Below the pieces are notes generated by a model. The model was not told the DNA's origin, ran no database searches, and worked only from the letters and a program-made list of their open reading frames with translations. This document shows, piece after piece, positions 40,504 through 49,526 of a DNA stretch of 64,000 bases; the stretch's first letter is position 1; every line of letters starts with the position of its first letter. A program made the translations under genes and the position numbers. The DNA is from Syntrophorhabdaceae bacterium. GTDB taxonomy: Bacteria; Desulfobacterota; Syntrophorhabdia; Syntrophorhabdales; Syntrophorhabdaceae. Where the stretch lies: the NCBI GenBank assembly GCA_963665295.1, contig OY762209.1:1696001-1760000 (forward strand), written 5' to 3'.

Positions 40504-41094
40504 ATGCTCAATGGAAAACTACCCGCCTTGCTTCTTGCAACCGCCCTTTTCGGGTTCGGTTGCGCTCCCTCAGTCCTGAGGCAGGATGTGCCCGTGAGCA
40601 CCAACCCCATGGGGGCGAAGATCTACGCGAACGGGCAACTGGTGGGGCAGACGCCTTCCACGGTTTCCCTTGAACGCAACCGCGACCACATTCTCACACT
40701 GGTGAGGGAAGATTACCGGCAGGCCGACGTGATAATCAAGAGAGAGTACCAATCAGACAAGGTGCTCCTGAAGGCCATCGGGGCCGGGGTTAACGCGGGG
40801 ACCTTCTTCAAGGACGCGGGGATGGGACTTAACAGCGGTTTCAGTTCCATCTCCCGGCAGGAAGAATCAGGGGAGGCCTACCTCCTTGTACCGCGCGCGG
40901 TAAAGGTGAATCTTGTGCCTGTCTCCGCCCCGTCAACGGACGTTCCGGGAGACCGGGACGCCCTCACGGAACAGCCCGGTCTTATCCCGAGGAGCGGTTC
41001 TCCGGGCGCCCGGCAGGACCTTCAGGATGCCCTCGAAGCGGCTGCTGCCGCAGTAGCCGGAGCCACCGAGGCGAGACCGGTTGAAAAGAAATGA
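40504..41094 (+). CDS. PEGA-domain lipoprotein
   Basis: Lipobox FGFGC; STNPMGAKIYANG...GQTP PEGA pattern. Confidence 0.8.
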   Translation: MLNGKLPALLLATALFGFGCAPSVLRQDVPVSTNPMGAKIYANGQLVGQTPSTVSLERNRDHILTLVREDYRQADVIIKREYQSDKVLLKAIGAGVNAGTFFKDAGMGLNSGFSSISRQEESGEAYLLVPRAVKVNLVPVSAPSTDVPGDRDALTEQPGLIPRSGSPGARQDLQDALEAAAAAVAGATEARPVEKK

Positions 41095-41160
41095 GGACTA
41101 TTGTCCCCCCATGGGCCGTATCCCTGGGGACACAGGCAGGAATATAAGGAGGTAGGTGCC

Positions 41161-41451
41161 ATGTTTATCGTTCTGATCGATTTCCCGCCTGTAAAGCCGG
41201 GAAAAGAGGGTGAGTTCAAGGAATGGTTTGTCTGGTCGAACCGGGAGTTCGCTACGTTCAAGGGTTTTATCGGGCGTCGCCTGCTGAAGCCGCGGGATGG
41301 GGAGAACTACGCGTCCCTTGTGGAGTTCGAAAGCGGGGAGGACTTCGCCGCCTTGCAAACGAGTCCCCTCCACAAAGAAGCGGCCGCCAGGGTTGCGCCC
41401 TTGCTCGACGGCGGCCCGACCCCTCATTTCTACGATGTGCTCACGGAATGA
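41161..41451 (+). CDS. Antibiotic biosynthesis monooxygenase (ABM) family protein
   Basis: VKPGKEGEF, GFIGRRL and FES..DF....SP.H pattern; AAGGAGG RBS. Confidence 0.8.
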   Translation: MFIVLIDFPPVKPGKEGEFKEWFVWSNREFATFKGFIGRRLLKPRDGENYASLVEFESGEDFAALQTSPLHKEAAARVAPLLDGGPTPHFYDVLTE

Positions 41452-41677
41452 GAAACAGGGTACGTCGCGCCTGCGTCAGGCGGCCTTTCTCTTTTTTCCA
41501 AACGTTCTCACAAGACCCTATTAATCAATTCCACGTAACGGACGATAACGTTGAGAGAGGGACAGATATGTCCATGTAATTCGTGAGGAAGGCACCGGGG
41601 CCGTCTGTCACAGGAAGCCCGGCCGGCGGCGTCTTTCTCCGGCGGCGATTATACTGTAGTCTCTTTCAGGAGGGGAT

Positions 41678-41938
41678 ATGTTGAGGATGTTGAAGTCAAG
41701 CAGGGTCATCGTGTTGGTAGCCATGATGTCGTTCGTGTGTGCTTTTGTGATCCCCACATTAAGTTTTGCCGAAGATACGGCGGGGAAAGGGGAAAGCACG
41801 GCAGACCGAGGCTCCGGATCGACAGGTGCGGCGGCGGACGCCGGTGCGGCCGCGAATGTGACAAGTGACACATGGACCTGGGTCGCCTTGATCGTGGCGG
41901 CCATTCTGGCAGGTCTGGCAGCGGCGACCGGGGGCTGA
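41678..41938 (+). CDS. Small protein with signal peptide, Gly/Ala linker and C-terminal TM
   Basis: AGGAGG RBS; two hydrophobic segments. Confidence 0.65.
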   Translation: MLRMLKSSRVIVLVAMMSFVCAFVIPTLSFAEDTAGKGESTADRGSGSTGAAADAGAAANVTSDTWTWVALIVAAILAGLAAATGG

Positions 41939-42058
41939 AAGGGCGACGGAGAAATTGCGCCACGCTATGAACTGCCTTTATACCCGGAGGCTTTCCGCGA
42001 ACTGAAGCCCGCATTGTCGCGATGGACACAAACCGGCGCGGACATTTTCCGTATCTCC

Positions 42059-43909
42059 CTAATTGTCCCTGAACGTCGTGCCCGGGCTATCAACCTTCGA
42101 GTCGAGTGGAAAATACGCATGAATTATCGTGCCTTTGCCGGGCTTTGACGTGAGTTCCAGGCGTCCCCCCGCAAGAGAAGCACGCTCGCGCATACCAAGC
42201 AGGCCGAAGCTCTCGCCCTTTGACGCCCTTATGCGGGATTCGTCGATGTTAAAGCCTTTTCCGTCATCCCTCACGGTAAGACGAAGCTCTCCGCTCATTA
42301 CTTCGAGATGGACGTGCACGGTCTTCGCGTCGGAGTGCCGGGCCACGTTCGTGAGCGCTTCCTGGGTAATTCGAAAACATGTCAGTTCAAGAACGGGGGA
42401 GAATCGTTCCTCCGTGAGGGCGGTATCGAATACCGCCCTGAACCCCGCCTTGGCGGACAGCCGGTTGACGTACCAGTCCAGCGCCGCAGTCAAACCAAAG
42501 TCGTCAAGTACGGAAGGGCGAAGTTCGATGGAAAGGTTGCGTACCTTATTTATCAGTTCCCCCACTGTGGGTGTGTTTTCATGTATCGAGGCCAGTGCCG
42601 ATGCCAGAGTCTTGGAACGCTCCGTCCGCTTGAGGCCGATCCTGAGCGCGGTAAGGGCCTGGCCGATTTCATCGTGAAGCTCGAGGGCTATATAACGACG
42701 CTCTGTCTCCTGTATTTCGAGAAGACGGTGCGAAAGGGTTCTCAACTGCTCCATGGTGCGCTGGAGTCTCTCCTCGGTCATCCTTTTCTTGGTCACGTCC
42801 TCCACCGTTCCGTCCAAATGATGGGGGACACCGTTCTCGTCATTGATTATGCGCATAGTGAGATGGCCTATCCCCTTTCCGCCGTCTTTACGGAGATACT
42901 CGTTCTCGTATATTGTCCGTCCCCCGTTGCCCCGTATCCGGCCAAGAATTCCCGCCCGGGCTTCCGGGTCGGCATAGACCTGTCCGGCGATGTCGGAGAT
43001 GGAGCCGATCAGGTCCCCAGGCGATTCATACCCCAGAATGGCGGCAAGGGCGGGGTTTACTCTCAGGAACCTGCCTTCGAAGGTGGACTGAAATATTCCA
43101 AGGGGGGAGTTCTCGAATATGCTGCGGTATCTTTCTTCACTTTCTTTCAGAGCTGCCTCAACATGTTTGCGCTCGGTGATGTCATGAACGGTCCCTATTG
43201 AACCGAGCGGGGTCCCGTCCGGGCTGTAGGTGGTCTCGCAGAGTTCATGGACATATTTCAAGCGTCCCCCGGAGAGCAACAACCGGTAGGCGATGTCATA
43301 GGGCTCCTTTGTTCTGAGGGAGGTAGTGTAAGCCTGGTTGACAAATTCCCGGTCCTCCGGATGAACCGCATCCAAAAAGGCTTCGCGGGTTGCAGTGAAT
43401 CCCTGCGGGTCCAACTCGAGCATGCGGTAGATCTCGTCCGACCAGATCAACACATTCCGGACAAGGTCCAACCCCCAGTTGCCGATGTGGGCAATTCTCT
43501 GCGCCTCCTTCAGGCTGTTCTCACTGCGACGCAGCGCAGCTTCCATCTTCTTGTTCTTGTCAAGCTCCAGGATGCAGTCCGTCACTTTCCTCTCCAGTTC
43601 CTCCTGAGTTTTCAAAAGCTCATCCTGAACGCGATAGAGGGAACGGGTCACATTGAGAATTGTCGAGCAGACTATGGGCACAAGTATTGCGGGGATGAAG
43701 AGGGAGCCGAATATACCCATGGGGCGGATAGAACCAACGGAAAGGGCTGCTATGAGGTAGATGCCGAAGGACAGGAGGACAACGAATGGAGTGAGAATGA
43801 GTGTGAGGGTTGTCACACTGAACCGCTTGATCACGCTCTGCACAAACACGGTACACTCCTGCAATGAAATTAGTACATTGTCGGATTTCGGGTTGCTCCT
43901 GTCAAGCAT
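42059..43909 (-). CDS. PAS-domain sensor kinase, NarX/UhpB (HisKA_3) type
   Basis: ERRYIALELHDEIGQ, ELRPSVLDD, QEALTNVARH, DDGKGF and GLLGMRER. Confidence 0.9.
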   Translation of the reverse strand: MLDRSNPKSDNVLISLQECTVFVQSVIKRFSVTTLTLILTPFVVLLSFGIYLIAALSVGSIRPMGIFGSLFIPAILVPIVCSTILNVTRSLYRVQDELLKTQEELERKVTDCILELDKNKKMEAALRRSENSLKEAQRIAHIGNWGLDLVRNVLIWSDEIYRMLELDPQGFTATREAFLDAVHPEDREFVNQAYTTSLRTKEPYDIAYRLLLSGGRLKYVHELCETTYSPDGTPLGSIGTVHDITERKHVEAALKESEERYRSIFENSPLGIFQSTFEGRFLRVNPALAAILGYESPGDLIGSISDIAGQVYADPEARAGILGRIRGNGGRTIYENEYLRKDGGKGIGHLTMRIINDENGVPHHLDGTVEDVTKKRMTEERLQRTMEQLRTLSHRLLEIQETERRYIALELHDEIGQALTALRIGLKRTERSKTLASALASIHENTPTVGELINKVRNLSIELRPSVLDDFGLTAALDWYVNRLSAKAGFRAVFDTALTEERFSPVLELTCFRITQEALTNVARHSDAKTVHVHLEVMSGELRLTVRDDGKGFNIDESRIRASKGESFGLLGMRERASLAGGRLELTSKPGKGTIIHAYFPLDSKVDSPGTTFRDN

Positions 43910-44012
43910 TGTCTCGATCCCACTGCCTCAAAAGAACCTGATTGAGCCGATCGCGCGTCCGGCCATGCCCCTATTCCGGAGGCCCATGCGGATAATTGCC
44001 GGTTTTGCCCTG

Positions 44013-44789
44013 TCATGCCAGTCTGGTGACATCCTCGGCCACCAACGGGTAATTGTTGAGCATCAGCGCATCGTGGCCCGGGAATATAAGGTCCGTGGAG
44101 GCCCGGGCCCTCAACTTGTCATATGTCTTCATCAAGGCTGCCAGGTCCGTGATGAAATAGCTCGGTATGTCGTCCCTGAAGCTCTTTGCGACATGGGCGC
44201 AATCCGACGCGACAATCGCGGGGCCTGCCGCTGTTGTGACCGCCACCGCCTGCATTCCGACGGTGTGTCCCGGGGCAAGGAGGAGTTCCATGCCGGGCAT
44301 GATCTCCCTGTCTCCATCCACCAGCACCAGACGATTCGATGCTTCCATGGAGACAAGGGTTTCGATGGCCATATCGTCTGTAACGGCCGCGAAGGGAGCC
44401 TTTTTCGCGATAGGGTTCCTGGTCCAGAATGCGAATTCCTTTCTTTGAACGTAGAATACAGCCCGTGGAAAGGCCGCGGGGAACATCTCCATGCCGCCGG
44501 CATGGTCGAAATGGATATGGGTGATGACTACCTTTGTCACCTTCGATTCATCGGCGCCTATCCTTGCCAGGACGTCGACGGGGTTCACATATCCCTTCAG
44601 TTTCATGGCCGCCGCCATGGTTATTCCGACGCCCGTATCCACTACTGTGAACCCCTCTTTGCCTTTGATCGCCCAGATATAGTAATTCCTCTCCACTTCC
44701 TCTTCCCAGCCTTCGTTCCATCGGAGCAGTGCGAGCTTACTCAGGAAAGGCCCCGCATATTTAAGGGCATAGATTTCATATATGGGCAC
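44013..44789 (-). CDS. Metallo-beta-lactamase-fold hydrolase (AHL-lactonase-like family)
   Basis: THIHFDHAGG, PGHT, ASD and PGHD. GTG start. Confidence 0.88.
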   Translation of the reverse strand: MPIYEIYALKYAGPFLSKLALLRWNEGWEEEVERNYYIWAIKGKEGFTVVDTGVGITMAAAMKLKGYVNPVDVLARIGADESKVTKVVITHIHFDHAGGMEMFPAAFPRAVFYVQRKEFAFWTRNPIAKKAPFAAVTDDMAIETLVSMEASNRLVLVDGDREIMPGMELLLAPGHTVGMQAVAVTTAAGPAIVASDCAHVAKSFRDDIPSYFITDLAALMKTYDKLRARASTDLIFPGHDALMLNNYPLVAEDVTRLA

Positions 44790-45159
44790 AGTCTCTCCTT
44801 TTGCGTATCAGAGTCTTGTCCGGTCCGACCGCTCACTCATTTTCCCGCTAATCCGGATATTTCTCAAGCAAAAATGAGGGTCCCGGCGCACATTATTTGA
44901 AATCACCCATATGGTGAAGGGTCCCGGAACAGGACTTTCAGTGAAGTTCCATCGGCTTCACGGACCTCCATGGCGGCCCGGCAATATGGCCTCTACAGCA
45001 AAATAGCCGGATTACTACGAGAACGGTCAAACTTCAACTACAGACAGGAAGAGGCCGCCGGGTTACCCTATGTCTGCCGGAGCGCACCGGGGACTGCCGG
45101 GCGGAAGAGCCCGCCGGACAAGACCCGGTGCGAATAAAGAATAAAAGGGGGTCACCGAT

Positions 45160-45870
45160 TTGAAGGACGTGAAGTTTACCCACATCATATGGGACTGGAA
45201 CGGGACCCTTCTGAACGACGCCCCTTTTTCCTTTTTTCGTACATGCGAGGTTCTCCGGAAGAACGGGTTGCCTTTCCCGAGTTTTGATTACTATCTCGAC
45301 CATTTCACCTTTCCCGTTGAGAGTTTCCTGGCTCCTCTACTCGCGGGAGAACCGTCAGCGTCCGTGGGCAGGCTGGTAAGGGAATTCAACGATCTGTATA
45401 ACAGAGGGTTTCGTTATAATTGCGCCCTGCACCCGGGGGTAGAACCGGTCCTCTCCCGGTTGAAGGAGCAGGGAATCGTGCAGCATGTTCTTTCCTCGCG
45501 GGATCACGGCTCGCTTGTGGATGATCTCCGCCACTACGGGATTGCCCCTTACTTCGATTGCATCCTGGGAAGCGAAAAGAGGTCACGCTGCGGCAAAATG
45601 GCCCAGGGACGTAAGTTGATCGCGTCAATCGCGGAAGCGCCGTCCGACACGGTCCTTATCGGCGACACCGTGCATGATTTTGCCGTGTCCCAAGAACTGG
45701 GAACGGATTGTATTCTTCTGGCCACGGGCAGCAACTCGTTCAGAGTCTTGAGCAAGACAGGGGCTCCTGTCGTTGTAAGGGAGCATGAAGAGTTGATGGA
45801 CCATCTCTCGTTGCACCGGTCTCCCAACGGGAAGAGAATTTCCATGGAATACACGTGCAGCGCAGGGTAG
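45160..45870 (+). CDS. HAD-family hydrolase (phosphoglycolate phosphatase-like)
   Basis: WDWNGTL, LSS, K and IGDTVHD motifs. Confidence 0.85.
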   Translation: MKDVKFTHIIWDWNGTLLNDAPFSFFRTCEVLRKNGLPFPSFDYYLDHFTFPVESFLAPLLAGEPSASVGRLVREFNDLYNRGFRYNCALHPGVEPVLSRLKEQGIVQHVLSSRDHGSLVDDLRHYGIAPYFDCILGSEKRSRCGKMAQGRKLIASIAEAPSDTVLIGDTVHDFAVSQELGTDCILLATGSNSFRVLSKTGAPVVVREHEELMDHLSLHRSPNGKRISMEYTCSAG

Positions 45871-46168
45871 CGGCATGGGAGCCGCCTTCTTTTACGCCGG
45901 CCACGCCAAAGGCCGGTAAAGGCTAAGCCTCTCTTTTCGGCGTGGCGTGTGGACATCCAGTCCGGCGCCCGTCGTTTTTTATCACAGTCCCAACCCCGGA
46001 CTGGCCATAGCAGAACCAGGCCGGGAGGGAAGCAACGACAACGCTGAGACGCAGTTCCCTGAGCTTCCCTTCCGGCACATCTGTTCGTCTGAAGAACTCC
46101 ATAATAACCGTGTCGCGACCTCCGGCCGCTCTTCCGGAATGAAGTGACCCCTGTTTCGCCCCTTGACC

Positions 46169-46999
46169 TCACCTCAGGAATTCGAGGAGCGCCTCATTGA
46201 CTTCCGCCGCGTGGGTCCAGTTGAGACCGTGGGGTCCGCCTTCCACCTCCACGAGCCTGCTTCCCCTGACTGCCTCATGGGTGCGTTTCCCCGTGGCGGC
46301 AATGGGGAGTATCCTGTCCGAATCCCCATGGATGACGAGGGTAGGTATGTCGATCCGTGCGAGGTCCTGCCGGAAGTCCGTGAGCCACGCCTGGACACAG
46401 TCGAGAGTGCCTTTCGCGGAGGCCGAGGCCGCCACGTTCCAGCACATCCGGACCACGTCGTCGCTCACCCTCGTGCCCTTCAGCACATCGACATTGAAGA
46501 AATCCGCGATAAAGGCGGACAGGAGGGCCGGCCGGTCTTTTTGAACGGCTTCCTTGATCCCGTCGAAGATGCTGCCGTCCACTCCGTCAGGGTTACCGGG
46601 TGTCTTGAGCAGGAATGGCGGAATGGCGGCCATGAACACGGCCTTGCTTACCCGTTCGGCGCCGTAAGCGCCGAGATAGCGGGCCACTTCGCCTCCGCCC
46701 ATGGAAAAGCCCACGAGGGTCACGTCGCTAAGCGCCAGTTTGGTCATGAGTATATTGAGGTCTTCGGCAAGAGTATCGTAGTCGTAACCGGAGAAGGGCC
46801 TGCTCGATCTACCGAATCCCCTGCGGTCATAGGTGATGACCCTGTAGCCCGCATCGACGAGGGCGGGCGCTTGTCTCTCCCAGGAATCGCCCGAGAGGGG
46901 CCAGCCGTGGATCAGCACTACGGGCCTTCCCGCACCGTGGTCCTCGTAGTAAAGGTCGATGGCGCCGGAGTTCTCTTTACCGACATTGATGTAATTCAT
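46169..46999 (-). CDS. Non-heme haloperoxidase/arylesterase (alpha/beta hydrolase)
   Basis: HGWP, YDRRGFGRS, GFSMGG, HGDSD and GPHG. Confidence 0.92.
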   Translation of the reverse strand: MNYINVGKENSGAIDLYYEDHGAGRPVVLIHGWPLSGDSWERQAPALVDAGYRVITYDRRGFGRSSRPFSGYDYDTLAEDLNILMTKLALSDVTLVGFSMGGGEVARYLGAYGAERVSKAVFMAAIPPFLLKTPGNPDGVDGSIFDGIKEAVQKDRPALLSAFIADFFNVDVLKGTRVSDDVVRMCWNVAASASAKGTLDCVQAWLTDFRQDLARIDIPTLVIHGDSDRILPIAATGKRTHEAVRGSRLVEVEGGPHGLNWTHAAEVNEALLEFLR

Positions 47000-47288
47000 T
47001 GGAGCCTCCTTGGGTTTTGCGAACGGATTCGCGGATGCGCCTGTGTCCGCGCAGGCGGGTACAGGCGTGGATGCGGGCCTGTTTTGACATTCCGGACAAA
47101 GAAGACAGGTGGGGGGACCGGCAACCTTATAGAGGAAGCCTAAGCACGGGCGTCCCGGCAGTCAAGCAGGAGGACACCTGCCGTGGAAAACCACTTTTTT
47201 CAACCCCTTTGGACGACGCGGAAGGCCTGATACCGTAGACTCTTCCCATGAGCGCGTTACCAAAAACAGATTACGAAAGGACGGCATT

Positions 47289-47756
47289 ATGAAAGAGAAT
47301 TTTGAATCCACGGTCCGGTTCATCCTGAAAGAGGAAGGGGGCTACGTGACGGACCACGCGGGGGCCACGAAGATGGGCCTTACCGTCGGACTTATGAAGG
47401 CGCTGAAGCTTGACCTTAACCACGACGGGGCGGTGGACGGGAAAGACGTCACCCTTGTGGACGAGGAACTTGTGAGAAAGGTGTTCCTGGAGCAGTTCTG
47501 GAACCCTGTAGGCGGAGACGACCTCCCTCCCGGCATGGACCTCATGGCAGCGGATTTCGCCTATAACGCGGGCCCCAAGGCGGCGAGAGGGCTCCTTGCC
47601 CATGGGGACGTGAGGGATTATACCCTCGGGCGCATCAGGTATTACTGGCAGCTCAGGTGCAAGAATCCCGGGAAGTACAGGGATGATTTCGACGGCTGGA
47701 TAGGCCGCTCGATCCGTGCCTGGCAGAAGGCCGTGGAAATGCGGGCGGGGTCGTAA
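47289..47756 (+). CDS. Glycoside hydrolase family 108 endolysin
   Basis: EGGY, GATKMG, FW....D.LP, DFAYNAG and C-terminal GW..R. Confidence 0.88.
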   Translation: MKENFESTVRFILKEEGGYVTDHAGATKMGLTVGLMKALKLDLNHDGAVDGKDVTLVDEELVRKVFLEQFWNPVGGDDLPPGMDLMAADFAYNAGPKAARGLLAHGDVRDYTLGRIRYYWQLRCKNPGKYRDDFDGWIGRSIRAWQKAVEMRAGS

Positions 47757-47827
47757 GGTAAAGAAAAGTTTGCCGGGGCCTTCCCGGTGTGAAGGACACA
47801 TCAAATACCATACACGGAGGTTACTAC

Positions 47828-48277
47828 ATGGTGAAGGTTTTGGAAAGCTGGTTCGAGGAAGGGTTGCGGTTCGTGGAACACGATATTCTGCCTGTCGCGG
47901 GTCTTGCCCTCAATTTCATCCCCGCCGTCCCGAAGGTGGTGCCCGCAATCCTCTCAAAGATGCCGGAGCTTATCGCCACAGCGGAGAAGATGTTTCCGGG
48001 CAGCGGCAAGGGCGGACTCAAGCAGGATTTCTTCATGAAAACCGCGGAGCTTGTGGCAGCCGATGTGGAGAGCCTTTCCACAGGCGGTCAGGCGGGCACA
48101 TGGAAAGCTCTTCAGCCGAAGATAGAGCCCATCCTCTCCATGGCGATCACAGCCATCAACAGGTTCAGGCCCGGGACTTTCGATTGTGAGGCTGCGGATG
48201 ACGGCGCGGCCCTGTCGGTCGAGAGGCGCCAGGAGGATGAAATGAGGCGTGAGGAAGACCGGGGGCTCTCCCGGTGA
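47828..48277 (+). CDS. Phage protein, LL-H-holin-like motif
   Basis: Hydrophobic segment followed by AEKMFPGSGKGGLK; next to the endolysin; GGAGG RBS. Confidence 0.5.
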   Translation: MVKVLESWFEEGLRFVEHDILPVAGLALNFIPAVPKVVPAILSKMPELIATAEKMFPGSGKGGLKQDFFMKTAELVAADVESLSTGGQAGTWKALQPKIEPILSMAITAINRFRPGTFDCEAADDGAALSVERRQEDEMRREEDRGLSR

Positions 48278-48570
48278 GCTGGGCGGAGGTGTTGAAATCC
48301 CTCTCATTCTGGGGGCCGGGCATGGTGATCGCGGGGACTATGGTCGCCGCACTTTACAAACTTGCGGACAAGTATCTCGGCGAATTCATCAAAGCCCAGC
48401 AGGGACAGGCCTCCTCCCTCGCGGCCCTTGCTCAGGGCACGGAGGGCCTGCGGGATTCGGTGCAGGGTTTTGTAGCCGGGGATAACCGGGAGCACCGGGA
48501 AATGATCATTCTTCTCAAATGTGTGACGGAGAAACTGGAACGAATCGAGGAGCAAGTCTATGGATGTTAA
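48274..48570 (+). CDS. Phage membrane protein (single TM + coiled coil, possibly holin-like)
   Basis: N-terminal TM, heptad-like C-terminus; GTGA overlap with the previous gene. Confidence 0.6.
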   Translation: MSWAEVLKSLSFWGPGMVIAGTMVAALYKLADKYLGEFIKAQQGQASSLAALAQGTEGLRDSVQGFVAGDNREHREMIILLKCVTEKLERIEEQVYGC

Positions 48571-48859
48571 GAGAGAAAAATACCGCAGGATCAGGGGGGC
48601 CATGCTCAAATTCCTTGCCAAGGCCCACCCCGGCACCATCGACTCCAGGGTCCTCTACTACCTGCTGGACGACGTGAGATACACCATGACGGAGGACGAG
48701 TTCCTAAGCCACGTGATCTATCTCTCGGAACTCGGATACATGAGGATTGAGAGGCGGGAAGCGACGGGCGTGGAGGTGACCATGTATGTCATCACGCCCC
48801 AGGGTCTGAACCTTCTCGACGGCTTTGTCGCCGACGTCGGTGTGGACGTGAGGTTCTGA
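48560..48859 (+). CDS. Phage winged-helix protein (Mu gp26-like position)
   Basis: R..IRG.ML, YLSELGY and ITPQG.NLLDG pattern; precedes the terminase genes. Confidence 0.65.
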   Translation: MDVKREKYRRIRGAMLKFLAKAHPGTIDSRVLYYLLDDVRYTMTEDEFLSHVIYLSELGYMRIERREATGVEVTMYVITPQGLNLLDGFVADVGVDVRF

Positions 48860-48911
48860 TGGGCTGTCCAGGGTGCGCCGCACTTCCTGCGGCCTTGCAA
48901 GGCGGCGATGA

Positions 48912-49448
48912 ATGACCCGGAAGGCCTATGGGACGAAAGTACGGGAAGAGGCATACAGGATATGGCTCTCCTCGGGGAAAGACATGGCGAAAACGGTTCG
49001 GGAACTGGAGAAAAAATGCCTCCCTGTGGCGAGGCGGACGGTGGCGGCCTGGAGAGACCGGTATGGCTGGAGGGACCGCGCCCCCGCAATAAAGGAAGAG
49101 CCGGAGGAGGCCCGGACCGATGACGCGGCCCGCCTGATCGCCGACCTGGAGAAACAGAAGGCGAGATACGACAGTTTCTTTGACAGCCTCGGAGAAGCGG
49201 GGATCGACAATCAGGCCACCTACGCCTATACGACCCTCGTGAAAACCATTGCCGAGGTGCGCAAGAAAGCGGCGGAAAAGCCCGACCTCTATGCCATGAC
49301 GCCCGTGGTCATGGATGAGTTCGTGAAGTTCATCAAGGGAAAGGCTTCGAAGGGTTCAGGCAGTCCCGGCGGTTTGAACGGGAAGGACCTGACTGCCTTA
49401 GTCTTCGACCTTATCGACCGGTTTTTCGAAGAGGTCAAACCGGGCTGA
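48912..49448 (+). CDS. Putative terminase small subunit
   Basis: N-terminal HTH (VARRTVAAWRDRYGW), helical C-terminus; directly before terL. Confidence 0.7.
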   Translation: MTRKAYGTKVREEAYRIWLSSGKDMAKTVRELEKKCLPVARRTVAAWRDRYGWRDRAPAIKEEPEEARTDDAARLIADLEKQKARYDSFFDSLGEAGIDNQATYAYTTLVKTIAEVRKKAAEKPDLYAMTPVVMDEFVKFIKGKASKGSGSPGGLNGKDLTALVFDLIDRFFEEVKPG

Positions 49449-49526
49449 AGACGGCGGCGAGCCCGGAGCCTGAAAGACGGGCGGAAGTCATGAGCCGGAA
49501 GAGGCAAAAGATAGTGAAGAGTATGA

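Noticed and set aside
44940..45070. c-di-GMP-I riboswitch-like fragments (GCCGGGTTACC here; AAAGCCTCCGG on the minus strand near 41990)
   Set aside because: The GGCAAAC/GAAA P2 element is not found at the right spacing; cannot be supported without a covariance search.
46013..46040. SRP RNA helix-8-like CCAGGCCGGGAGGGAAGCAAC
   Set aside because: The stem around the would-be GNRA loop does not pair and the long SRP hairpin is not evident.
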